The notes: generated by a model from the sequence alone, not told the origin. Positions 19,431 through 31,200 are shown, counted from the first letter of the stretch. The stretch is 64,000 nucleotides of DNA from Verrucomicrobiota bacterium (GCA_016871715.1 VHCO01000001.1:18591-82590), one strand, 5' to 3'. Numbers and translations are program-made.

Positions 19431-20819
19431 TCAAGCCGGCGCTGCCGCGGCCCGCAGCGCCCCGCCCAGCGCGGTGTCTTGCTCGGGGAAAATGGTTCGC
19501 AGATCCAGCTTGAGCCAACCGCCCGACACATAGCCGATGACCGGCGGCGTACCGCGCCGCAGCCGCGCCGCGAGCTCGCCCAGCGCCAACCCCACCGGTC
19601 GCACCTCGACCGTCACCGAGGTCAGCACCGCCCGCGGCAACGTGCCCCCACCCACGTGCGCCTTACCCGACCCCAACCGCGCCTCCAGCGGCAGGCCCGC
19701 CAAGCCTTCGAGGATGCGCTTCCCACGCGCCCTCAGTTGCTCGGGCGCCACGCGCAGGAGCCCCAACACGGGCACCTCCCGAGCCTCACGCCCACCCAGA
19801 TACGCGTCCACCACCGTCTCGAGCGCCACCAGGATCAGCTTGTCGCACCGCAGGGCGCGATAAAACGGGTCGCGCTTCAACGCCCCCACCCAACGCGCCC
19901 CGCCCGCAATCAGGCCCGCCTGCGGTCCCCCCAACAACTTGTCCCCGCTGCAACACACCAAGTCCACTCCCCGCCCCAACACTTCGGCCGGTGTCGGTTC
20001 GTGCTCCTCCACCCCGTAAGCCTCCGTGGCCACCACCGCGCCGCTGCCCAAATCCTCGACCAACGGCACCCGCCGGCGCCGGGCCAGCCCGCTCAGTTCC
20101 TCCGTGGACGGCGACTCGACAAAGCCGCCCATGAAGAAGTTGCTGCGGTGCACCTTGAGGATGAGGGCTGTGCCGCGGCCCAACGCGCGCGCGTAATCGG
20201 CTAACGCCGTCTTGTTGGTGGTGCCCACCTCCCGCAACTGGGCGCCGCTGCTCTCGAGGATCTCCGGGATGCGAAAGCCACCGCCGATCTGGATCAGTTC
20301 CCCTCGCGAAATCACCACCTCGCGACGGTCCCCAGCCGTAAAATGCCGCAAGATCAACACCAACGCCGCCGCGCAATTGTTCACCACCGTTGCCGCCGGC
20401 GCGCCACAAAGCAGGGCCAAGCTCTGTTCGAGGTACGTCGCTCGCCCTCCGCGTTCACCACGATCGAGCTCGAACTCGAGGTTGCAGTAGCCCCTGCCGA
20501 TGGCCCCTAAGGCCTCGATCGCCGCCGGGCCAAGCGGCGCCCGACCCAGGTTCGTATGGAGCATGACGCCCGTCCCGTTGAGGACCGGCTGCAGGCGCAA
20601 CCGGCCCAGACGCTCCAGTTTCCTGCGCACGTCCCCAACCACCGCCTCGATGTCCGGCGCCGACCCAGCCGCCCGCAATTCCGCCAGCTCGCGGCGTATC
20701 ACCGCCAGGGCCACCGGCCGGGGCAAGGACAGTCCGCCCAAGGCCTGGAGCACTTTCTCGACCGCCGGCACCCGGTGGCGTGGGGCTTTCGCTCTGGACA
20801 TAACGGACCGAGTTGACAA
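19431..20819 (-). CDS. selA: L-seryl-tRNA(Sec) selenium transferase SelA
   Basis: 462 aa. ...VLNGTGVMLHTNLGRAPL..., ...NNCAAALVL..., ...SGDKLLGGPQAGLI... (PLP-Lys region). Typical SelA layout. Confidence 0.9.
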   Translation of the reverse strand: MSTRSVMSRAKAPRHRVPAVEKVLQALGGLSLPRPVALAVIRRELAELRAAGSAPDIEAVVGDVRRKLERLGRLRLQPVLNGTGVMLHTNLGRAPLGPAAIEALGAIGRGYCNLEFELDRGERGGRATYLEQSLALLCGAPAATVVNNCAAALVLILRHFTAGDRREVVISRGELIQIGGGFRIPEILESSGAQLREVGTTNKTALADYARALGRGTALILKVHRSNFFMGGFVESPSTEELSGLARRRRVPLVEDLGSGAVVATEAYGVEEHEPTPAEVLGRGVDLVCCSGDKLLGGPQAGLIAGGARWVGALKRDPFYRALRCDKLILVALETVVDAYLGGREAREVPVLGLLRVAPEQLRARGKRILEGLAGLPLEARLGSGKAHVGGGTLPRAVLTSVTVEVRPVGLALGELAARLRRGTPPVIGYVSGGWLKLDLRTIFPEQDTALGGALRAAAAPA

Positions 20820-21271
20820 GGCGCACGCAGCCTAGTCCGTCCGCCCGACATAGCAGAAGGAAAAACCGGCTAACACCAACGCCTGTAGCGTCAATAAGAC
20901 AGGAAAGAGATCATTGACACCAGGCCCGAGTTCAAAAGGTCGAGCCGAGCTGTGAACCGCCTGTTCGTTCCGCCTTCCGCCAACTTCCCTCCCACTCCCA
21001 CTCCCAGTCGGCACGGCCGCCGACATCAACACCTGCAGCCCTGCCAGTTCAAAGAACTGAGCTGGGCCCGAAGGCGCGAGGGAAGAAAACCGCGGGTTGA
21101 CAAAAGCGGGCTGCGATAAGATGGTTTGGCCGCTCAGTTAAGAAAACGAACGTAGAACATAAGCATCAAAGCCATGTTTCTCCATCGCGGTGCGTGGGCT
21201 GGGTTGGCAATCAGCCACTCGCGTTTGCCCGGTGGACGCATGAACGGCCAACTACAGAAAGGAACGACGTC

Positions 21272-21931
21272 ATGACCAAACACATTACTTGGATGATCGC
21301 CCTGGGAGTGGGGGCTCTGCTGCCCGTCGCGGCGCAGGCCAATTGCGGCACCTGCGCCACCAAAGCCGAGGGCTGTTGCTCAACCGCGAAGGCCACCGTG
21401 GCCACCGCCGCGACGACCGCGGGCACCTGCGCCGCCACGGCCGCCACCGCTGCCGGCACCTGTGCCGCCACCGCCGCCACTGCAGCGACGGCTGCTAAGG
21501 CGCCTGCCGACCAACCCGGCATGGCCAAAGTCGCCTACCGCGTCAGCGGCATGTCCTGTGGCGCGTGCGAAACTAAGCTCACGAAGGCCCTCACCGGGCT
21601 TAAGGGAGTCGCCCAGGCCGAGGCCTGCGCGGAGTCCAAGCAAGCCAAGTTGGTCTACGACCCCAAACAGGTGAAGGAGAAGCAGTTTGTGGCGGCGATC
21701 AAGGAGGCCGGCTTCAAGGCCGAAAGTGCCCAACTCGAAGTCAAGGTAGGTGGCATGTCCTGTGGTGCCTGCTCGCAGAAGGTCAGCAAGGCTCTCACCG
21801 CCCTCGAGGGCGTCAAGGAGCAGCAGGTCTGCCACGTCGGCAAGAAGGCGGTCGTCACCTTCGACCCCAACAAGGTCAACCGCCAGCAAATCGTGGCGAC
21901 CATCGATCAGACCGGTTTCAAGACCGAATAG
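21272..21931 (+). CDS. secreted protein with a Cys/Ala/Thr-rich repeat region and two heavy-metal-associated (HMA) domains
   Basis: ORF 21194..21931 trimmed to ATG 21272, with GGAA upstream. Signal MIALGVGALLPVAAQA. NCGTCATKAEGCC plus 2 x GTCAATAATAA. Two MxCxxC ferredoxin-like domains (GMSCGACETK, GMSCGACSQK). Confidence 0.8.
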   Translation: MTKHITWMIALGVGALLPVAAQANCGTCATKAEGCCSTAKATVATAATTAGTCAATAATAAGTCAATAATAATAAKAPADQPGMAKVAYRVSGMSCGACETKLTKALTGLKGVAQAEACAESKQAKLVYDPKQVKEKQFVAAIKEAGFKAESAQLEVKVGGMSCGACSQKVSKALTALEGVKEQQVCHVGKKAVVTFDPNKVNRQQIVATIDQTGFKTE

Positions 21932-22253
21932 CCCAAGCCTTTCGGCTGCACTTTGACCGGCCGGCAGTCTTCGGATCGCCGGCCGCGTCTTTTCCACGCT
22001 TGGGCGGGCCTCTCGGGCCACCTCCCAGCCGGCCAGCCGGCCGGAGGCCCGCCTCCCGCTGCGACCGGCATGAGGCCTGGCCGAGTCGGCCTCCTGTTCG
22101 CCAGCCTCCGCAGCGGGTTCGCCCTCGACATCCCCGGCTTGGTTCCGGATACTCACGTTCAGCACGCCCGTGGCCACCGAGCCTGAGGGCGAAACCGCCC
22201 GAGTGTTGGGTGCCCGCGATGGGGTGGTTGGTCCATTGACAGACGATCGCCTT

Positions 22254-23615
22254 ATGAAGATGCCTAGCGGGAGAGCCAGGAGCCGACGCCGATTCCTCAG
22301 CACCTCTGCCTGCGCCGGTGCGGGCGTGCTGATCCTACCGGATCCTCGACAGGCGTTCGCCTACGCTGCCAACGACAAGTTGAGTGTGGCCGGTATCGGA
22401 GTGGGTGGGCAGGGCCGAGGCAACCTCGACACCCTGGCCGGGCTGGGACAAGACATTGTGGCCATCTGCGACGTCGACGAGGCGCGCGCAGGCGACATCC
22501 GGCAGCGGTACCCCCGGGCCAAGAGCTTCGCCGATTTCCGTCGGATGTTCGACTCGCTCGGCTCTGGCGTCGATGCGGCCGTGGTCTCCACTCCCGATCA
22601 CACCCATGCGGTGGCGGCGGTGGCGGCCATGCAGCGCGGCCTGCATGTCTTCTGCGAGAAGCCGCTCACCCGCACCGTCCATGAGGCACGCGTGTTGCGC
22701 GAGACGGCCGCTCGCCACAAGGTCGTTACCCAGATGGGCAACCAAGGCTCAGCCAGCGGCGCGCTGCGCCGGGCGGTCGAATTGGTGTGGGGTGGTGTCC
22801 TCGGCGAAGTCCGTGAAGCCCACGTCTGGTTCGATGGCGGCAACGGCCCCCTGGTGCGCCCGACCGAGACACCTCCCGTACCTGCCACGTTGGATTGGGA
22901 CCTGTGGCTGGGTCCAGCGCCCCAGCGCCCCTACCATCCCTCCTATGTGCCGGCAAGTTGGCGTGGCTGGCGCGCCTTTGGCAGCGGGATCGTGGGCGAT
23001 TTCGGCTGTCACACCGGCAATATCATGTTCCGCGCGCTGCGGCTCGGGGAGCTCTGGCAACGTCCTCACTTGGGCCCACCGCAGCCGACCCTCATCCGGC
23101 TCGAGGCCATGCCCTCCGAGGTGGATGTCGAAGGTTATCCACGCGCCTCGCGAACCGTGATCGACCTGCCGAGCCGTGGCAACTTGCCGCCCGTCCGACT
23201 CACCCTCTACGCCCACGAGAAGCCAGCCGAGAGCCTCCTGCTGGGCTTCCCGCGCGGGGGCTGGGGCGATCTCCTGATCGGTTCCAAGGGGTCCCTGTAC
23301 TCGGAATGCCCCTGGAACACCCGGTATACGCTCCTGCCTGAAGCCCAGTTCGAGGGCTTCCAGGGCGGGCCCCGAGAAACCCTGCCGCGCACCGCTGGAC
23401 ACCACCTCGAGTGGGTGCAGGCCTGCCAGGGCAAGGGCCAAGCCTTTTCCGGGTTCGACGTCGGTGGCCCCCTGACCGAACTCCTCCAACTCGCCAACTT
23501 GGCTACCCTGATCGATGGCCCTGTCGAGTACGACACCTTGAGCGGGCGCATCCTCAATTCGCCTCGCGCGGATGCCCTGCTCCACCGTGAGTACCGCACA
23601 GGTTGGCAGCTCTAG
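22254..23615 (+). CDS. Gfo/Idh/MocA-family oxidoreductase with twin-arginine signal
   Basis: MKMPSGRARSRRRFLSTSACAGAGVLIL (TAT motif). GIGVGGQGRGN Rossmann motif. STPDHTH, EKPL. Confidence 0.85.
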   Translation: MKMPSGRARSRRRFLSTSACAGAGVLILPDPRQAFAYAANDKLSVAGIGVGGQGRGNLDTLAGLGQDIVAICDVDEARAGDIRQRYPRAKSFADFRRMFDSLGSGVDAAVVSTPDHTHAVAAVAAMQRGLHVFCEKPLTRTVHEARVLRETAARHKVVTQMGNQGSASGALRRAVELVWGGVLGEVREAHVWFDGGNGPLVRPTETPPVPATLDWDLWLGPAPQRPYHPSYVPASWRGWRAFGSGIVGDFGCHTGNIMFRALRLGELWQRPHLGPPQPTLIRLEAMPSEVDVEGYPRASRTVIDLPSRGNLPPVRLTLYAHEKPAESLLLGFPRGGWGDLLIGSKGSLYSECPWNTRYTLLPEAQFEGFQGGPRETLPRTAGHHLEWVQACQGKGQAFSGFDVGGPLTELLQLANLATLIDGPVEYDTLSGRILNSPRADALLHREYRTGWQL

Positions 23616-23912
23616 GCCCCTGCTGTAAGCTCCTCCACCTCCGCCTCACCTTGTCCATCTCCGCGGCCGCAGCCTAATCCGCAAAGGGCTTATGCCAGAG
23701 CCGCGGTGTCAGGCGCGCAGGCCCCACCCACTGTGCCATGCCAGTGCGCCATGGGGCCGCGACTGTGTCATCTTGGCGCTTTTGTCGCAGCTCCATGCAG
23801 ATGACTGACGGCCATTTACAATCATAAGCTGTTTGTAATAAATTGTTTATAGGTTCGTTGGAGACGTTGGCATCCTCGCTGCTCGCTACCGGACGTATCT
23901 TTGGGAATTTCT

Positions 23913-25868
23913 ATGGCTAAAGTAATCGGCATCGACCTGGGCACCACCAACTCCTGCATGGCGGGGATGGAAGGTGGTGAGCCGGTGGTCTTGGAGAACA
24001 GCGAAGGAAAGCGGACTACGCCTTCAGTTGTCGCGTTCACGAAGACCGGCGAACGCCTGGTAGGGGACGCCGCCAAGCGTCAAGCGGTGACCAATCCGCG
24101 CAACACCGTCTACTCGATCAAGCGGTTTATGGGGCGCAAGTTCGATGAGATCCAAGAGGAACTCAAGCGCGTTCCATATAAGGTCGTCCGGGCCGCAAAC
24201 GGCGATGCCCATGTCGAGGTCGAGGTGGACGGTAAGCCCAAGCAGTTCAGCCCGCCCGAGATCTCCGCCATGATCCTCGGCAAACTCAAGGCCGATGCCG
24301 AGGTGCGGTTGGGCGAGAAGATCACCCAGGCCGTCGTCACCGTGCCGGCCTATTTCAACGATTCCCAACGCCAGGCCACCAAAGACGCCGGACGCATCGC
24401 GGGGCTCGAGGTCCTCCGCATCATCAACGAACCCACCGCCGCTTCCCTCGCCTACGGTTTGGACAAGAAAAAGGACGAGAAAATCGCCGTGTACGATCTC
24501 GGCGGTGGCACCTTCGATATCTCCGTGCTCGAGATCGGGGACGGGGTCTTCGAGGTCAAAGCCACTAATGGCGACACCCATCTCGGCGGCGACGATTGGG
24601 ACAACCGGATCATGGATTGGATCCTGGACGAGTTTAAGCGGGACCACGGCTTGGACCTGCGGCGTCAACCCGACGCCCTCCAACGCATCAAGGAAGAGGC
24701 TGAGAAGGCCAAGATCGCGCTTTCCAGCGCGCAGCAGTACGAGGTCAACCTGCCGTTTATCACCGCCGACGCCTCCGGCCCCAAACACATCAGCATGAAG
24801 CTGAGCCGGGCCAAGATGGAGCAACTGTGCGACGAGCTCTTCGAGCGGACCGTGGGGCCCGTGCGCCGGTGCCTAGCCGACGCGGAAATCACCGCCGAGA
24901 AAATCGACGAACTGGTCCTCGTGGGCGGCATGACGCGCATGCCACGGGTGGTCGAGACCGCCCGGGCGCTGGTCAACAAACCCCCGCACCAGGGTGTCAA
25001 CCCAGACGAAGTCGTGGCCGTGGGCGCTGCCATCCAGGGCGGCGTACTTAAAGGCGAAGTGAAGGACGTCTTGCTCCTGGACGTGACCCCGCTCTCCCTC
25101 GGCATCGAGACCCTCGGCGGGGTCTTCACCAGATTGATCGAGCGCAATACCACCATCCCGACGCGCAAGTCCGAGATCTTCTCGACCGCCTCCGATAGCC
25201 AGCCCGGCGTTGAAATCCACGTCCTGCAGGGCGAACGCCAGCTCACCCGCGATAACAAGACCATCGGCAAGTTCCACCTCACCGAGATCCCACCGGCGCC
25301 GCGCGGCGTACCGCAGATCGAGGTCACCTTCGACATCGACGCCAACGGCATCCTGCACGTCAGCGCCAAAGACCTGGGCACCGGCAAAGAGCAGAAAATC
25401 ACCATCACCGCCAGTAGCGGCCTGTCCAAAGACGAAGTCGAGCGCATGCGCAAAGACGCCGAAGCCCACGCCGACGAGGACCGGCAGCAGCGGGAGACCA
25501 TCGAACTGCGCAACGAAGCCGACAACGCCGTCTATCGCTCGGAGAAAATGCTCAAGGACAATGCCGATAAGGTCTCCAACGAGGACAAATCCAAACTCGA
25601 ACGCGCCATCGCGGACGTGAAAGAAGCGCTCAAGGGCGGTGACTCCGCCGCCATCAAGTCCGCCAACGACAAACTCACCGACGCTTGGCAAGCCATCTCC
25701 GTGGAGCTCTACAAGGCCGCCGCGGAACGGGCCAAGGCCGGCAAGACGCCGGCCGGCGCCCCCGGCGAGCCGACCGGCGGATCCGGCACTGCGGACTCAG
25801 GCAAAGCCAAAGACCAGGCCGAAGGCCCGATTATCGACGCCGAAGTGGTCGACGAGAAAAAGAAGTAA
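23913..25868 (+). CDS. dnaK: molecular chaperone DnaK (Hsp70)
   Basis: [17 protein letters not shown]..., [25 protein letters not shown]-terminal EVVDEKKK. Unambiguous. Confidence 0.97.
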   Translation: MAKVIGIDLGTTNSCMAGMEGGEPVVLENSEGKRTTPSVVAFTKTGERLVGDAAKRQAVTNPRNTVYSIKRFMGRKFDEIQEELKRVPYKVVRAANGDAHVEVEVDGKPKQFSPPEISAMILGKLKADAEVRLGEKITQAVVTVPAYFNDSQRQATKDAGRIAGLEVLRIINEPTAASLAYGLDKKKDEKIAVYDLGGGTFDISVLEIGDGVFEVKATNGDTHLGGDDWDNRIMDWILDEFKRDHGLDLRRQPDALQRIKEEAEKAKIALSSAQQYEVNLPFITADASGPKHISMKLSRAKMEQLCDELFERTVGPVRRCLADAEITAEKIDELVLVGGMTRMPRVVETARALVNKPPHQGVNPDEVVAVGAAIQGGVLKGEVKDVLLLDVTPLSLGIETLGGVFTRLIERNTTIPTRKSEIFSTASDSQPGVEIHVLQGERQLTRDNKTIGKFHLTEIPPAPRGVPQIEVTFDIDANGILHVSAKDLGTGKEQKITITASSGLSKDEVERMRKDAEAHADEDRQQRETIELRNEADNAVYRSEKMLKDNADKVSNEDKSKLERAIADVKEALKGGDSAAIKSANDKLTDAWQAISVELYKAAAERAKAGKTPAGAPGEPTGGSGTADSGKAKDQAEGPIIDAEVVDEKKK

Positions 25869-25871
25869 GGT

Positions 25872-25896
25872 GCGCGCCGCTGGGCCGGCGGCGCGC
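25872..25896 (+). terminator. GC-rich hairpin just after the dnaK stop (weak intrinsic-terminator candidate, no U-tract)
   Basis: GCGCGCCGC (25872-25880) pairs with GCGGCGCGC (25888-25896) around a 7-nt loop. Confidence 0.3.
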
Positions 25897-25997
25897 CGCC
25901 GGCCGAGACGGCAACAACGCTTTTCCCGCGCGCGAGTGCGGCGGGATTTGATTCGACAACAAATCAAACCCAACAACAACAACAGCAACACAACGGT

Positions 25998-26291
25998 ATG
26001 GCACTGAACGTAAAACCCCTCGGCGACCGGGTACTGGTTGAGTCGGTCGAAGAGAAGGAAGTCAAGAAGGGTGGAATCATCATCCCCGATTCCGCCAAAG
26101 AGAAACCCACCGAAGCCGTCATTCGCGCGCTCGGCACCGGCAAAACCGATGACGAGGGCAAGAAGGTCCCCTTCGAGGTCAAGGTCGGCGACCGCGTCCT
26201 GATTAGCAAATATGGCGGCACCGAGATCAAGCTGGACGACAAGGAGTACAAGATCCTCAACTCCGACGACATCCTGGCTGTCCTCGCTTAG
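25998..26291 (+). CDS. groES: co-chaperonin GroES
   Basis: [37 protein letters not shown]...[24 protein letters not shown]. 97 aa. Confidence 0.95.
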   Translation: MALNVKPLGDRVLVESVEEKEVKKGGIIIPDSAKEKPTEAVIRALGTGKTDDEGKKVPFEVKVGDRVLISKYGGTEIKLDDKEYKILNSDDILAVLA

Positions 26292-26333
26292 CTCCAACAC
26301 TCATTGGTCAACTCCTAACTCCGAAGCAATCCT

Positions 26334-27974
26334 ATGCCAGCAAAACAACTCATTTTCGACGAGGCCGCCCGCCAGGCCATCCTGAAGGGCGTCGCTAAGC
26401 TCTCGAAGGCCGTCACCGCCACCCTTGGGCCCAAGGGCCGTAACGTGGTCCTCGACAAGAAATTCGGTTCCCCCACCGTGACCAAAGACGGCGTCACCGT
26501 GGCCAAGGAAATCGAACTCGAAGATCCCTTCGAAAACATGGGCGCCCAGATGGTCCGCGAAGTGGCCAGCAAGACCAGCGACGCCGCCGGCGATGGCACC
26601 ACCACCGCCACCGTCCTGGCTGAGGCGATCTACCGCGAGGGGCTCAAGTATGTCACCTCCGGCGCCAACCCCATCGGCATCCAGCGCGGTATCCACAAGG
26701 CCGTCGAGGCCTCCGTCGACCAACTCGCCAAAATCAGCAAGAAGGTCAAGGACAAGGAAGAAATCAAGCAAGTGGCCACCGTCTCCGCCAATTGGGACAC
26801 CACCATCGGCGAAATCATCGCCGATGCCATGGACAAAGTCGGCAAGGACGGAACCATCACCGTCGAGGAAGCCAAGTCCATCGAGACCACGCTCGAGGTC
26901 GTCGAAGGCATGCAGTTCGACAAGGGCTATCTGTCGCCCTACTTCGTCACCAACGCCGAAACCATGGAGTGCAAACTCGAGGACGCCTACATCTTGATCT
27001 ACGAGAAGAAGATCAGCAGCCTCAAAGACCTGCTGCCCATCCTCGAAAAGATCGCTAAGGTGGGTAAGCCCCTCCTGATTGTCGCCGAGGAAGTCGAAGG
27101 CGAAGCGCTCGCCACCCTCGTGGTCAACAAACTGCGCGGCACCATCAACGTCTGCGCCGTTAAGGCCCCGGGCTTCGGTGACCGACGCAAGGCCATGCTC
27201 GAGGACATCGCCATCCTCACCGGCGGCAAGTGCATCACCGAAGACCTCGGCATCAAGCTCGAGAACCTCGAAATCTCCGACCTCGGCCGCGCCAAGAGCC
27301 TGGTCGTCGACAAGGAGAACACCACCATCGTCGAAGGCAACGGCAAGCCCTCCGAGATCCAGGGGCGCATCAACCAGATCCGCCGCCAAATCGAGGAAAC
27401 CACCTCCGACTACGACCGCGAGAAGCTCCAAGAGCGCCTCGCCAAACTCGCCGGCGGCGTGGCCGTCATTAACGTCGGCGCCGCTACCGAGACCGAAATG
27501 AAGGAGAAAAAGGCCCGCGTCGAGGACGCCCTCCATGCCACCCGCGCCGCCGTCGAGGAAGGCATCGTGGCCGGCGGCGGTGTCGCCCTGATCCGCTGCT
27601 TGTCCGCCATCGACGCGGTCAAGGCCAGCAACGACGACGAACGCATCGGCGTGGACATCGTCAAGCGCGCCATCGAGTTCCCCACCCGGGCGTTGGCCGA
27701 TAACGCCGGCGTCGAAGGCAGCATCGTCGTCGAAGAGGTCAAGCGCCGCAAAGGCAACGACGGTTACAACGTCGCCACCGGCGACTACGAAGACCTCGTC
27801 AAGGCTGGCGTGGTGGACCCGAAGAAGGTCACCCGTACCGCCCTCCAGAACGCGGCGTCGATCGCCGGTCTGCTCCTCACCACCGAGTGTCTCATCACCG
27901 AGATCCCGGAGAAGGAGAAGAAACCGCCCGGGCCCAGCGGCCACGGCGGCATGGGCGGCGACATGGACTACTGA
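26334..27974 (+). CDS. groEL: chaperonin GroEL
   Basis: [20 protein letters not shown]...[12 protein letters not shown]...[17 protein letters not shown]...GGMGGDMDY tail. Confidence 0.97.
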   Translation: MPAKQLIFDEAARQAILKGVAKLSKAVTATLGPKGRNVVLDKKFGSPTVTKDGVTVAKEIELEDPFENMGAQMVREVASKTSDAAGDGTTTATVLAEAIYREGLKYVTSGANPIGIQRGIHKAVEASVDQLAKISKKVKDKEEIKQVATVSANWDTTIGEIIADAMDKVGKDGTITVEEAKSIETTLEVVEGMQFDKGYLSPYFVTNAETMECKLEDAYILIYEKKISSLKDLLPILEKIAKVGKPLLIVAEEVEGEALATLVVNKLRGTINVCAVKAPGFGDRRKAMLEDIAILTGGKCITEDLGIKLENLEISDLGRAKSLVVDKENTTIVEGNGKPSEIQGRINQIRRQIEETTSDYDREKLQERLAKLAGGVAVINVGAATETEMKEKKARVEDALHATRAAVEEGIVAGGGVALIRCLSAIDAVKASNDDERIGVDIVKRAIEFPTRALADNAGVEGSIVVEEVKRRKGNDGYNVATGDYEDLVKAGVVDPKKVTRTALQNAASIAGLLLTTECLITEIPEKEKKPPGPSGHGGMGGDMDY

Positions 27975-28007
27975 GCCGACCCACGTTTCGAGGAACCGAG
28001 ACGTCCA

Positions 28008-28043
28008 AGCGAGGCTGGCGCGAGCCAGCCTCGCTTCTTCGTG
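28008..28043 (+). terminator. rho-independent terminator candidate downstream of groEL
   Basis: 12-bp perfect stem AGCGAGGCTGGC / GCCAGCCTCGCT with a GCGA loop, followed by a T-rich TCTTCGTG tail. Confidence 0.65.
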
Positions 28044-28242
28044 TGCGACTTCAAACCAGTTGAATTGCGGTCGCGACCAGCCCGGTCCGGCGGCACCCCC
28101 CAGTCTGGGAGCACGCCGGGCGAACTGAGGCCTAGCCGCGGCCCCTCCGGAGCGACCGCCTCGCCTCGATTCGCGGTTCCTTCACCTTCACCGCCGTTTC
28201 TGCTGACGGCCTGGTAAGGACTTTGCTTTACTCCAGAGCACT

Positions 28243-31200
28243 ATGTGGAAGCACCATGGGCGGATGGCGCTAGGGCAGTGGCTGGTGTCCTTGTGGGGCG
28301 GGGTAATGCTCGCCCACGCCGGCGAGATCATCTCCCTGGACAGCAACTGGCGCTGGCTGAAGGGATTCGCCGAAGCCTCGAGCCCTAACACAACTTATTG
28401 GCGCACAGTATCGTACGACGATTCTAGTTGGGTGCTTGCGCCGGCCCCTTTCTGGTATGGCGACGCCCAGTCAAGCCCCGGCACCCAACTGACCGACATG
28501 CGCAACCAGTACACGTGCATCTTCCTGCGCAAGACGTTCGTACTGGCCAACGTAAACGACCTGAGCGCCCTGCGGCTCGATGCCGCCTGCGACGACGGTT
28601 TCATCGCTTGGATCAACGGACACGAGGTCGCCCGATTCAACATGCCCGCCGGCGTTATCCCCTTCGATGGTTGGGCAGCCGGTGCCGTGCCCGAGCCGGT
28701 GCAACTCGAGAGCTACGACGTCGCGGACCTACCCAAGTTCTTGGTGGCAGGGGTCAATGTGCTCGGCGTACAGGTCTTCAACACCACTCCTGGAAGCAGC
28801 GACCTGGTGTTCAACGCGCGCTTGACGGCCACCGTGGACGACGTGCCGCCCAGAGTAGTCAACCTGCTGCCACCAGCGGGGGCTACCGTCCGTACCTTGG
28901 CCCAAATCGAGGTCGGCTTCAGCGAGCCTGTCAGCGGGGTGGACGCCACCGACCTCCACATCAACCAGACCCCAGCCTCGACTGTCACCCTTTACGCGCC
29001 CGGCCAATACCTCTTCGAGTTCGTCCCGCCGGCCACCGGCCTGGTCCAGGTGGCCTGGGCTCCCAACCACGGTATCCGCGACCTGGCAGCCGCCGCCAAC
29101 CCTTTCGCGGGCGGCAGTTGGGGCTATGACTTCAACCCGAATGCGCCCGTGCCGGGTGTCATGATCTCCGAGTTCATGGCCGACAACGACCGCACACTCA
29201 ACGACGAGGACGGCGACGACTCAGACTGGATCGAGTTGTTCAATCCGACGGCGGCCGTGGCCGACCTCAACGGCTGGTACCTCACCGATACGCCCACCCT
29301 GTTGACGCGCTGGCGGATTCCGAATGTCTCGCTGCCGCCGCGCAGTTACTTGGTCGTCTTCGCCTCCGGCAAGAACCGGAACAACCCGGTGGGTCAACTC
29401 CACACCAACTTCAGGCTCGCCAAGGAGACCGGCTACCTTGCGCTGGTGGACTCGCGCACCAACGTCGTCTCGGCGTTTGGCACCAGCTATCCGCCCCAAT
29501 ACACCGATGTCTCCTACGGACGCGACCGGGTGGCTACCGAACTGTTGGGCTACTTCCCAGTGCCGACTCCAGGGGCCGCCAATAGCCAGGGCGGCCCCGG
29601 CTTTGCTCCCGGGGTCGAGTTCTCCCGCCCGGGCGGAACGTTCATCACCTCCTTTACGCTGACGCTCGCAGCCAGTGGCGCTGCCACGATTCGATACACA
29701 CTGGACGGGTCGCTACCCACCGACGCCTCGCCGGCCTACAGCGGGGCCATCCCCGTCAACAACACCGTCCAGGTCCGCGCCCGCGCGTTCGCACCGGGCC
29801 TGCTGCCCGGTCCGCCTCGGAGCGAAGCTTATGTGGCGCTCAACGCCAGCGTCGTGAATTTCACCTCCGACCTGCCCCTGCTCATTCTCCATAACTTCGG
29901 CCAGGGGAACGTCCCCTCGAGCGGCGACCAGTTCGCGCACCTGTCGATTTTCGAGCCAAAGAACGGGTACAGTTCGCTCACCAACGCCGCCGACCTCAGC
30001 GTGCGTGCGGGCATCAACCTGCGCGGGTCGAGCACGCTCGGCTATGCCAAGTCCAGTTTCTCCGTCGAGCTTTGGAGCGAATTTGATGATGACCACGACT
30101 TGCCGGTGCTGGGGATGCCGGCCGAATCGGACTGGGTGCTCTACGCGCCGAACAACTTCGAGCCGGTCCTGATCCATAACGCGTTCGCCCATGAAGTCAG
30201 CCGCCAGATCGGCCGCTATTCGCCCCGCACCCGGTTTGTCGAGGTGTACTTCAATCGCACCGGAGGCGCGATCTCGTCCGCCCACTACAACGGCATCTAC
30301 GTGCTGCTCGAGAAGATCAAGCGCAGCCCCGATCGCGTGGATGTCGCGGCGCTCGCGCCCGAGCACACCACGCCGCCCAAGGTCACCGGCGGTTATCTGT
30401 TCAAGATCGACCGCTTGGATCCGGGCGATGGCGGCTTCTCCGCCGCCGGCCAGCGCATCGCCTACGTCTATCCGAAGGAAATCGAGATCGAGACCCCGCA
30501 ACGCGATCCCCAAGAACAGTACGTTCGCAACTACCTGACCAGCTTCAGCAACGCCCTCAACGGCGCCAACTACGCTCACCCCCTCACCGGCTACGCCGCC
30601 TACGTGGACGTCGACTCGTGGATCGATCATCACCTCCTCAACGTGATGACGTTCAACGTAGACGCCCTGCGCCTGAGCGCCTACTTCTACAAGCCGCGCG
30701 AGGGCAAGCTCGCCTTCGGACCGCTCTGGGACTTCGATCGCGCCCTGGGTTCGACCGATGGGCGCGACTCGAACCCGCGGATTTGGCGCGCGGCCACGGG
30801 GGACCGCGGCACCGACTTCTTTAACTATCCGTGGTGGGGGCGGATGTTCACGGACCCGGACTTCTGGCAACGCTGGATTGATCGTTGGCAGGAATTCCGC
30901 GCAGGCCAACTGGCCCTGACGAACCTGCACGCAATCATCGATGCGATGGCCAACGAACTGCGCCAGGCGCAACCGCGCGAACAAGCCCGCTGGAATGTCC
31001 AACCGCGCGGCGGCAGCTACCAGGCCGAGGTCAACCTTATGAAGACCTGGCTCTCGAATCGCATCGATTTCATCGACACCAACTTCGTGAGCCGGCCTCG
31101 GCTCTCGAGTCCAGGCGGACCCGTTCAGCCCGGCTTCACCGTGGGGTTGGCGGGAGCGCCCGGCGGCGTGATCTACTACACCCTGGACGGCTCAGATCCG

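Noticed and set aside
19396-19518. N-terminal 41-codon extension of the S9 peptidase ORF.
   Set aside because: It would overlap the 3' end of selA by 88 nt and encodes Arg/Gly/Ala-rich sequence. The internal ATG at 19395 is followed by a plausible lipoprotein signal.
20820-21271. Possible tRNA-Sec (selC) or small RNA in the 450-bp gap upstream of selA.
   Set aside because: I checked the TTCAAA occurrences (about 20930 and 21048) on both strands for a UCA anticodon loop with complementary stems and a GGTTCGA-type T-loop, and none folds. The TTGACA at 21097-21102 has only about a 14-nt spacer to the nearest TAAGAT. Nothing here can be supported without a covariance-model scan.
23868-23883. Sigma-54-like TGGCATCCTCGCTGCT (GG-N10-GC) 30 nt upstream of dnaK.
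   Set aside because: The -12 element is CTGC rather than TTGC. It is too close to the ATG for a typical leader, and GG-N10-GC occurs often by chance in GC-rich DNA. Heat-shock genes are not known sigma-54 targets in most bacteria. Reported here only for completeness.
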